64,000 nt of DNA from a virus. Its lineage: Duplodnaviria > Caudoviricetes. Shown here piece by piece: positions 50,170-57,721 of this stretch. Position 1 is the first letter of the stretch. Every line of letters starts with the position of its first letter. The stretch spans positions 197,425 through 261,424 of IMG/VR virus record IMGVR_UViG_3300013212_000088; one strand, written 5' to 3'. The position numbers and the translations under genes were made by a program. A model generated the notes under the pieces. The model was not told where the DNA came from. It searched no databases and saw only the letters and a program-made list of their open reading frames with translations.

Positions 50170-51429
50170 ATGAATACTAATGAATTAATTAAATTAGCAA
50201 AACAAGCTGATTTTGAAGGCGATTATGATTTAGCTGATTATATTGATAATCAGCTAAGAACATCATCAAATAATAAAAATATTAGAGAAGCTGTAGATTT
50301 AGGAGCTACTTTTGGTAAAGTCTTTAAACCAATAGGAAATGCCTTAGGAAAAATCCCTGAGTTTTTTGGTTATGGTAAATATAAAGCTCCTTTAAATTGG
50401 TCAAAACCCGCTGTTGATTTGGCGACTAGTAACCCAAATATATCTGGTAACGCTTTTCAAAAGGCATTAGGTTCTATAAACAAAGAAATTAATTTAGATG
50501 CAAATCAAGTTAAAAACCTAGAAACTACTTTGATCCAGCAAATGACTAGTTCAATTGGTCAAGCAGATGTTCCTACTGTTAAAGCTCTTGAAAAATTAGT
50601 TAATAAAGAATTTAGTAAGCTAACCATTGCAGAGAAAGGATTAATTGCAAAATATGCTAGAGAAACTGGAATTGTTGGCAGAAGAACTGATGCAGACTTT
50701 ACTGATATATTAGATTTGGTAAGCGGTAAATCCTTACAAGTTAGACCAAGAACAGTCCAAAGAGTTAATAGAAATACAAAACTATTAGGCGGAGGTGCTG
50801 CTGCTGCAATGGCCGCTCCAGGTTTATATGGAGCGTTTGGTCCACAGGCTCCAGACGCTACTGGTTCTTCTATTCCTGACGGACCTGCAATGACTGGTAT
50901 GCCTCAACTTGGTCCAGGAATGGGTGGATTCGGTGGTGGCATGGGTGGATATAATGGTCCTCAGGCTAACGGCCCTAATATGGGCAACTTTGCTCCAACA
51001 CAGCCTATTGGTTTAGGTTATGGAAGCACCATGACAGATCCAGCATCTCAAAGAGGTAGAGAATCTGGTGGTTATGCACCTACATCTGGATACACAGGCA
51101 GAAGTGAAAGAGAAATCAATCCTGCTGCAAAGTTTAGAACAAATGAAGTTGGAATGATGAGAGGTGAAGCACCTCCAGTATATAATAATTTTAATGCTGG
51201 TTATAATCCTGGTATTCAACCTTCAGCAGCTCCTATGGCACAACAGTCAGTGTCAATTCCACCTGTAAATAATGCAGTGGGTCCTCAAGCATTACCAGCT
51301 AAATTTGCAGATGATTTAAGACCAGCAACTCCTGCAGAAGCAGCAAAATACGAAGAACCTGAAACTCCTCCAATGACACCAGGACAAATTCAAAATGCAT
51401 TGAATCCTCTGTCAGGAGCAGGTTATTAA
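50170..51429 (+). CDS. leader-bearing protein with Gly/Pro-rich C-terminus
   Basis: LAKQADFEGDYDLADYIDNQL leader. Confidence 0.7.
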   Translation: MNTNELIKLAKQADFEGDYDLADYIDNQLRTSSNNKNIREAVDLGATFGKVFKPIGNALGKIPEFFGYGKYKAPLNWSKPAVDLATSNPNISGNAFQKALGSINKEINLDANQVKNLETTLIQQMTSSIGQADVPTVKALEKLVNKEFSKLTIAEKGLIAKYARETGIVGRRTDADFTDILDLVSGKSLQVRPRTVQRVNRNTKLLGGGAAAAMAAPGLYGAFGPQAPDATGSSIPDGPAMTGMPQLGPGMGGFGGGMGGYNGPQANGPNMGNFAPTQPIGLGYGSTMTDPASQRGRESGGYAPTSGYTGRSEREINPAAKFRTNEVGMMRGEAPPVYNNFNAGYNPGIQPSAAPMAQQSVSIPPVNNAVGPQALPAKFADDLRPATPAEAAKYEEPETPPMTPGQIQNALNPLSGAGY

Positions 51430-51505
51430 AAACTAATTCCCATATAACAGTGGGGATTTTTTATAACTAAATTAATATCAACAATTTTTTAAGGAGATAT
51501 ATCTG

Positions 51506-51679
51506 ATGACAAAAAGAAAAAAAATTTTAACACCAGAACAAGAAGCTTTACTAAATCAATTTCAAAATAACAATAATGATAATAACGATAATAATAAGTT
51601 AGATGAAAATAATAATGTGAAAGCTAATTCTTCGGGATTTAAACCAATGATAAACAGAAGTGGGGCAAGAGGAAAGTAA
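51506..51679 (+). CDS. 57-aa Asn-rich peptide (not in ORF track)
   Basis: AAGGAG SD; MTKRKKILTPEQEALLNQFQNNNND...RSGARGK. Confidence 0.6.
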   Translation: MTKRKKILTPEQEALLNQFQNNNNDNNDNNKLDENNNVKANSSGFKPMINRSGARGK

Positions 51680-51695
51680 TTAAGCTTTGACTTCA

Positions 51696-51734
51696 AAAAA
51701 AATAAGGCCCCATTTTTGGGGGCCTTATTTTTTT
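51696..51734 (+). terminator. intrinsic terminator
   Basis: AAAAATAAGGCCCC-ATTTTT-GGGGCCTTATTTTT. Confidence 0.75.
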
Positions 51735-51800
51735 CTCATCAGCTTAATTTAAAAAAAACCCCTCTAAAAAAATCAAAAAAACTCTATGCTTTAAATTATC

Positions 51801-51838
51801 ATAAATCAATAAAAATCAACATATTTTTATTGATTTAT
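51801..51838. repeat. perfect 16-bp inverted repeat with 6-nt spacer
   Basis: ATAAATCAATAAAAAT-CAACAT-ATTTTTATTGATTTAT. Confidence 0.8.
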
Positions 51839-51861
51839 TGATCTATCCACTTACCCAAATA

Positions 51862-51892
51862 AAAAAAGGAGAAACAATAGTTTCTCCTTTTT
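51862..51892 (-). terminator. terminator downstream of pilin-like gene
   Basis: AAAAAGGAGAAAC-AATA-GTTTCTCCTTTTT. Confidence 0.75.
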
Positions 51893-51908
51893 CTTGGGTT
51901 AATAAGAA

Positions 51909-52877
51909 TTACCTTACTGGAAAACCTGCCTGATCAAGAACTTGCTGACCTGTTGGGTAGTAGCTCTTTCCCCATAGGAAGTTATTAGGATTAATTGTAG
52001 TGTCAAATTTGAAGAACTTAGCATGTCCATCTGCAAAAACATAGTTAGATCCTCCTGTATGACGACCTGGTTCCATGAAACGAATATGGTATCCAAAATC
52101 AGCAGAAACTGTACGACATCCACCAGTACCATTTGATGCAGTGGAATCAGAAGGACCACCCCATCCAAGTGCACCTTGTGCTTCGTTCTTTGTAATTGCA
52201 TAAACAGGTCCTGTTGCATCCGCAACATTCTGTCCGGCCCATGCACCACCTGCGGCGGTACGCATCATAGCGTTGACAGGGCGGTGAGACTTGTTACGCT
52301 TTTCATTGTTTGTCTGGCCAGTTGAGCCGAGGAGGATACAGCTCAGACTACCTGTCATCTCAGCAATAGCAATCACATCTGCAGGTGCATCGACAGCGGC
52401 GATAGAAACGATGTTTGGCGCATCCTGTGGACCACGCTTGCGTGGAAGGATTGCAGAGTTTGGAATGTATGACAAGCGAGGTACCTGTGCTTCGCATCCA
52501 AGGGTATTAACATCAAGCCAGTTTGCACATGGAGCATTATCTGGACGAATGCCTCTAGTTGGATCTGATGGACAAACCCAAACTTGCTCATTCTTAATAT
52601 ATGGATGAATCATTGCTGTGAAGTGAACATAACCACCAGCTGATCCGCCATTTGTAGTTGCAGTGTTATTCTTATAGAAGTAAGCAGTTGGATATGTTTC
52701 ATCATAATCCTGTGTGTACATCATTAAACCCAAACCAATTTGCTTCTCATTTGATAAACAACTAGCAGAACGAGCCTTGTCTCTTGCCTGTGCGAAAACA
52801 GGGAACAAGATAGCGGCCAAAATTGCGATAATGGCAATGACAACGAGTAATTCAATAAGTGTAAATGCTTTTTTCAT
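51909..52877 (-). CDS. prepilin N-methylation domain protein (DUF1559-like) with C-terminal H-X9-DG motif
   Basis: [33 protein letters not shown]...CLSN.KQIG; [16 protein letters not shown]. Confidence 0.92.
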   Translation of the reverse strand: MKKAFTLIELLVVIAIIAILAAILFPVFAQARDKARSASCLSNEKQIGLGLMMYTQDYDETYPTAYFYKNNTATTNGGSAGGYVHFTAMIHPYIKNEQVWVCPSDPTRGIRPDNAPCANWLDVNTLGCEAQVPRLSYIPNSAILPRKRGPQDAPNIVSIAAVDAPADVIAIAEMTGSLSCILLGSTGQTNNEKRNKSHRPVNAMMRTAAGGAWAGQNVADATGPVYAITKNEAQGALGWGGPSDSTASNGTGGCRTVSADFGYHIRFMEPGRHTGGSNYVFADGHAKFFKFDTTINPNNFLWGKSYYPTGQQVLDQAGFPVR

Positions 52878-52982
52878 TTTTTAATCATTTCCTTTCAGAG
52901 ATTCATTAGTATTATTCCAACTTTTAATTAGATAAATATTAAATAAATATTAAGAAATTAAATTATTGTATATCTACTACAA

Positions 52983-53510
52983 ATGATAAGAATAAATCCA
53001 ATATATAAGAGTGAAATTACAACACAGTCATATAAGCCTAAAGACACTATAGAAGATGTAAAATTAATTGATCTTCCCCTATATAATGATGACTGCGGGG
53101 GCTTTACAGAAATAGTGCGGCTCAATGAAAACAATACAGTGATAAATCTAGAACAATTCCAAGCAAAACAATTATCATGGTCAATTGTTCATCCAGGTGT
53201 TATTAAAGCATTTCATCTACATTACACACAAGATGATTTATGGTTTGTTCCGCCCACAGAAACTCTCCTAATAGGTTTGTTTGATTGTAGAGAGGATAAA
53301 AGCGGAAAAATGCGGTTTGTAATGGGGGCAGGTAAAGCACAAATCCTATACATTCCAAAAGGGGTGGCACATGGATATACAAATCACACAAATGAAAAAC
53401 AATCAATTATTTATTTAACAAGCCAACATTATAACAGAGAAGAGCCAGATGAAAGAAGATTGCCTTGGGACACATTAGGTAAAGACTTCTGGGATATACA
53501 AAAAGGCTAG
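52983..53510 (+). CDS. rmlC: dTDP-4-dehydrorhamnose 3,5-epimerase family (cupin)
   Basis: GGFTE, PGVIKAFHLH..QDD, LYIPKGVAHGY. Confidence 0.85.
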   Translation: MIRINPIYKSEITTQSYKPKDTIEDVKLIDLPLYNDDCGGFTEIVRLNENNTVINLEQFQAKQLSWSIVHPGVIKAFHLHYTQDDLWFVPPTETLLIGLFDCREDKSGKMRFVMGAGKAQILYIPKGVAHGYTNHTNEKQSIIYLTSQHYNREEPDERRLPWDTLGKDFWDIQKG

Positions 53511-53519
53511 ATTTGCCCC

Positions 53520-53822
53520 TCAAATTGGACCAGACATAAACAAGAAATCAATTATTCTACATAAACAAATAATAGTGAAAATTATTAAAGAATAAAACTC
53601 ATATGCTTTTTTATAATGTGGGCGGAAATCATAATAGCTCTTGTATCCATAATAAACAGTGACACATAAACACAGGATATAAAGAAACCAAGAAATAAAA
53701 TCACTAGATGTTAATGCCCAAATATAATATAGAACACATTGAAATAAGAAGAATAACATACTATTCTTATACCTAGAGTAAAAAATATTAGCACTGTAGA
53801 ATATTAATGGTATGTGGTACAA
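53520..53822 (-). CDS. small membrane protein
   Basis: several hydrophobic aromatic-rich segments; start uncertain. Confidence 0.4.
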   Translation of the reverse strand: MYHIPLIFYSANIFYSRYKNSMLFFLFQCVLYYIWALTSSDFISWFLYILCLCVTVYYGYKSYYDFRPHYKKAYEFYSLIIFTIICLCRIIDFLFMSGPI

Positions 53823-54723
53823 ATTAGCAGCTCAAGGCATTATCGAACACAAAGCAACAGACCAAGAAATTGATGCGCTTGTTGATAGTAGTTTGATTGA
53901 TAATGGCGAAAATTATATAATCAATCAAGCTAATCTAAAAAATGGCTTGATGAGTATATTTCCAAACTTAAAAAACGTGGAATTTGAAAATTTGTCTGAT
54001 TGTTTTGGTGAATATATCTTAGAACTTTCATCAATAACATTACCAATTGAAATTTCTAAAAATAATGTTCCAATATTTAAAGCTACACTACATCACGAAC
54101 TCCAACATGCACAAGACCCAAGAATGCAAAATGTACCTGAAAAAGTGCAAGCAAAAAGCGACGAAGCTAATCTTGCAAACTATTTAGGTGTTTCTAAAAT
54201 TGATGAAAATACTCAAATACCAACATATGAAGAAGTTGTTGAAAATGTATTCCAAAGTTTCGAAGGCAGAGAATCAACACCAGAAGACCAAGATTTTATA
54301 AATCAAATCAAACAGAAATATACACCAGAAAAATATAATCTAGTAATTGAAAGAATCAAAGCTGGTGATCATCCTTATTTAAATGCAGAATACGAAAAAC
54401 CAGCCAATTTGAAGGATTTTAGAACCTTATTTTCTATCTTTAATCTAATGTCAGTAAAGGAAATTATTTCTTCAAATCCATCATATGACAATCAACAACA
54501 CATTAAAACAATTATTAATATTTTAAGAAAGCCATCTTCTCCCACTTTTAAAAAATTAGAAGAATTAATAATACAAAAAAACCCATCTTTTGCTGAAACA
54601 TTTCCTCCAACATTTTTAAGAGAAATGAATACAAACTCAAAATATGAAATACAATTTAAAAAACAAATGGGAAATATTATCAACGAATTACAACAACTAT
54701 TAGAATCAGGTAAAGGTAACTAA
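53812..54723 (+). CDS. MWY-leader protein with HExxH zincin motif
   Basis: MWYKLAAQ; TLHHELQHAQD. Confidence 0.7.
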   Translation: MWYKLAAQGIIEHKATDQEIDALVDSSLIDNGENYIINQANLKNGLMSIFPNLKNVEFENLSDCFGEYILELSSITLPIEISKNNVPIFKATLHHELQHAQDPRMQNVPEKVQAKSDEANLANYLGVSKIDENTQIPTYEEVVENVFQSFEGRESTPEDQDFINQIKQKYTPEKYNLVIERIKAGDHPYLNAEYEKPANLKDFRTLFSIFNLMSVKEIISSNPSYDNQQHIKTIINILRKPSSPTFKKLEELIIQKNPSFAETFPPTFLREMNTNSKYEIQFKKQMGNIINELQQLLESGKGN

Positions 54724-54724
54724 A

Positions 54725-55423
54725 ATGTGGTATCGAAAAGCAATGGATTTGAGTAATCTTAATAGAGAATTCTCAATTGAAAAAGAAAATGCAGTTGAAG
54801 ATTACGATGAGCAATCAATGAAAGAAAGCGTGGAAGATTTGTTTGCTAAAGTAAGAGCAGGCGAAGAATATACATCTCCTTCCGGCGCAATTAAAGTTAT
54901 GCCACCAAGAGAAGAACCACCATTTACAGATGAAGAAGTGGATGGCAGATTTGATAGCGAAAGCACCGATGCATATGATGTTTATGAGGGAATAAAAGAG
55001 TTCCCATCTACAATAACCACTCTAAAAAATACAGCTCAAATTATATCCAGATATATCGATAGCGGAGTGTTACAAGAGTTTAATAGAAAAATTGATTCAT
55101 TATCTCCTATGTTAGAAAAGATAATTCAATCAGCTTTTGAAAAAGTACAATTGATTGAATCTTCTTTCAACAACCCTGAACTATCTAGACAATTTGATAG
55201 AGAAGGTTATCCAAAACTAACTGAAGCTGAAGTAATGAACTCTAATATATTAACACTCCAAATTACAAAAGCTATCAACGAATTATATAACTCTATAAGA
55301 AATGAAGATGCTCGACAAGAATGGCTTAATACAATGGCAAGAAAAAGTGTGGCTGCAAACTTTTTAAGACCTGCAGATAAAACAAGATACAAAGAAACAA
55401 TGAATAATATTTGGGGCCTATAA
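54725..55423 (+). CDS. MWY-leader hypothetical protein
   Basis: MWYRKAMD. Confidence 0.7.
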   Translation: MWYRKAMDLSNLNREFSIEKENAVEDYDEQSMKESVEDLFAKVRAGEEYTSPSGAIKVMPPREEPPFTDEEVDGRFDSESTDAYDVYEGIKEFPSTITTLKNTAQIISRYIDSGVLQEFNRKIDSLSPMLEKIIQSAFEKVQLIESSFNNPELSRQFDREGYPKLTEAEVMNSNILTLQITKAINELYNSIRNEDARQEWLNTMARKSVAANFLRPADKTRYKETMNNIWGL

Positions 55424-55425
55424 TT

Positions 55426-55932
55426 ATGTGGTATAGATTAGCAATAATTATCAACGATGGACAATTAGAATCAGAACTTCTCAATAACGCAAAAACTACT
55501 GATGATATTAAAAGCAACTATAGAATGCTTGTAAAAAAATACCACCCAGATGTAAACCAAGATCCTGATTCCACAGAAAACTTAAAAAACCTTACTAGAG
55601 TTTATGAAGAAGTGAGAGATCAACCACTATACACTACAAATGAAATAAGAAATGAAACTACTGAAGATTCTGTTAGAGATGATATAGAACTTCAAGATAA
55701 TTTCTTAAACACAGATGAAGAAGCTTTAAAAATGGGAATAGTTCAGTCTGTAGAAACATATTTCAATAATAATGTTCCTGAAATGTATGACACTCCTGGC
55801 TTTGATGTCTACGAAAATATAACAGAAATAATTTTCGAAAATACTAAAAATATAAACCCAACACCATATAAAACAATTTCAAATCTTATTAACTCTATAG
55901 CTGGAAAATATATAAGGGAGAATTATAACTAA
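55426..55932 (+). CDS. MWY-leader J-domain (DnaJ-like) protein
   Basis: MWYRLA; DDIKSNYRMLVKKYHPDVNQDP with HPD motif. Confidence 0.8.
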   Translation: MWYRLAIIINDGQLESELLNNAKTTDDIKSNYRMLVKKYHPDVNQDPDSTENLKNLTRVYEEVRDQPLYTTNEIRNETTEDSVRDDIELQDNFLNTDEEALKMGIVQSVETYFNNNVPEMYDTPGFDVYENITEIIFENTKNINPTPYKTISNLINSIAGKYIRENYN

Positions 55933-56156
55933 TTCTTCTTTAAACTCTTAGCATATTTTAACATAGAATCTACTTGGGCCTTACTTGGCTTCTCACTACT
56001 ATCAACTCTATACATATCATAAATAGTCTTACGTAAATCTTTAGTCTTTAACTTACCACCAAACAAAACCGCAGCAGGTTCATGGCATTTAATACACCGA
56101 TCCCTAAACTCAACTTTAGGATCAACTAATAACAAAAATATTAAAATTGCATTCAT
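55929..56156 (-). CDS. small monoheme c-type cytochrome-like protein
   Basis: hydrophobic N-terminus MNAILIFLLL, CIKCH, candidate axial Met in IYDM; ATG at 56156. Confidence 0.65.
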   Translation of the reverse strand: MNAILIFLLLVDPKVEFRDRCIKCHEPAAVLFGGKLKTKDLRKTIYDMYRVDSSEKPSKAQVDSMLKYAKSLKKN

Positions 56157-56229
56157 ATCTGTTTTATAAAAGGACAGATAAAACAAAATCAGTAAAATAA
56201 TACTATCAACCCTCAAAAAGGAAAAAAAT

Positions 56230-56565
56230 ATGAATAAAAGAACTGTAATGGCATCCTTGAACAAGATTGCTAACGAACTCGACAACAATGGCTTACACAA
56301 TGAAGCCGATACAGTAACCAAAGTTATGTCCAGATTAGCTTATGATGATTTTGATGAAAGAGATTATTATGCTGACAAAATGGAAGATAACATTGAAGAT
56401 TACATGCCATATGGTGATGAAGACGATGATATGGACATGGACGAAGATGATGACTTTGACATGGGTCCAGAATCAGAACCATTCGACTTTAGTTCACCAG
56501 AAGATAAAGACGACATGTATGGTAATGATATGAAAGGATACATGGACAAAGATACCGATTTTTAA
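56230..56565 (+). CDS. NKR-leader protein 1 with Asp/Met-rich acidic body
   Basis: MNKRTVMASLNKIANELDNNGLHNEADTVTKVMSRLAY. Confidence 0.75.
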   Translation: MNKRTVMASLNKIANELDNNGLHNEADTVTKVMSRLAYDDFDERDYYADKMEDNIEDYMPYGDEDDDMDMDEDDDFDMGPESEPFDFSSPEDKDDMYGNDMKGYMDKDTDF

Positions 56566-56582
56566 TCTTAAATAAAATCAAA

Positions 56583-56624
56583 AATAAATAAGTGGCAATA
56601 AAACAATTTTGCCACTTATTTATT
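56583..56624 (+). terminator. 16-bp stem-loop between NKR genes
   Basis: AATAAATAAGTGGCAA ... TTGCCACTTATTTATT. Confidence 0.55.
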
Positions 56625-56638
56625 TATTAGGTAAACAA

Positions 56639-57067
56639 ATGAATAAAAGACAAATAATAGCATCTTTAATCAAGATTGCTAATGAATTAGATAATAATGG
56701 TATGAACAATGAAGCAGATGCATTAACCAATGTAGCTGAAAGATTTGAAGATACTAGATCACCTATTGAAAAACGTGCTTCAGAAAAAATTAAATTATTA
56801 CAAGATAAATTGAGAAAAATAATTTATAAGTCATATAAAACATCTAAAGATGGAGATATGACAAGAACTGATGATATTCAAGCTGTTCTTATGAAAATAT
56901 TATTTGAAAAAGATTTAGGAACATTCTTGAGAGATGAAGCTTACAAAACTGGAGCTAACCTTCCTGCTGGCCAAATCATGACAATAGTTCATTATATTAA
57001 TATGCTCAAAGAAAATCCATATGCCCCATCTGAAATTTATAATTATATTGACACATTATTAGATTAA
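56639..57067 (+). CDS. NKR-leader protein 2
   Basis: MNKRQIIASLIKIANELDNNGMNNEADALTNVAERF; ATG at 56639. Confidence 0.75.
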   Translation: MNKRQIIASLIKIANELDNNGMNNEADALTNVAERFEDTRSPIEKRASEKIKLLQDKLRKIIYKSYKTSKDGDMTRTDDIQAVLMKILFEKDLGTFLRDEAYKTGANLPAGQIMTIVHYINMLKENPYAPSEIYNYIDTLLD

Positions 57068-57072
57068 ATAAA

Positions 57073-57428
57073 ATAAATAAAAGACAAATCATAGCATCAT
57101 TAAATAATATAGCCAGCACATTAGATAATTCAGGTTTATTTTGCGAAGCTAATACAATCACCAAAGTAATGATAAAATTAGCTCAAGAGGAAAAAATAAA
57201 ACAAAATATTCTGATGATGAGTTAAATGAAGCTATGACAGAACAAGGCATTCAAAAAGCCTTCGAAACATACAAAAGCAAAGGCGGAAGCGCAAGCCAAG
57301 ATTCATTTGCATCACAATTCAAATTTTTAATTGGAAGAATGCTTGAAGGCTTTACTAACAATATGGGTGTTGCTATTGCTGAAGAAAAATACAAAACAAA
57401 TAATCCATTCTGGGATCCTAGAGACTAA
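57073..57428 (+). pseudogene. NKR-leader protein 3 with ATA start and a frameshift
   Basis: ATA-AAT-AAA-AGA-CAA-ATC... reads INKRQIIASLNNIASTLDNSGLFCEANTITKVMIKLAQ and stops at 57223-57225; the -1 frame continues into ORF 57234-57428. Confidence 0.65.
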
Positions 57429-57430
57429 AT

Positions 57431-57462
57431 AAAAAAAGGGAGAATAAAATCTCCCTTTTTTT
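57431..57462. terminator. bidirectional terminator
   Basis: AAAAAAAGGGAGA-ATAAAA-TCTCCCTTTTTTT. Confidence 0.8.
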
Positions 57463-57622
57463 ATATCTTGTCAATCTTTTTCAATTCATATAATAAATTG
57501 CCAACCACATAATTAGGCACATTTATAATATCAGCTACCAAAACCCTCAACGCATCATTCTTTAATACAACAATCGCAATCTTTAAAATTATATTCTGAT
57601 AGTCCTTAGATAAATTTTCCAT
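57461..57622 (-). CDS. 53-aa hypothetical protein (not in ORF track)
   Basis: AGGGG SD; MENLSKDYQNIILKIAIVV...KKIDKI. Confidence 0.45.
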   Translation of the reverse strand: MENLSKDYQNIILKIAIVVLKNDALRVLVADIINVPNYVVGNLLYELKKIDKI

Positions 57623-57721
57623 TCTAATATCCCCTAATGTAAAATTATCTTTTATTTTTTATTGAATACTTTACTCTACTATAATTAAAAATATATCCCT
57701 GCCAAATTCTCTTAATGTACT

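Noticed and set aside
55929-56321. 130-aa version of the cytochrome ORF
   Set aside because: The 5' extension overlaps the plus-strand gene at 56230 and its upstream region; ATG 56156 gives a coherent 75-aa protein.
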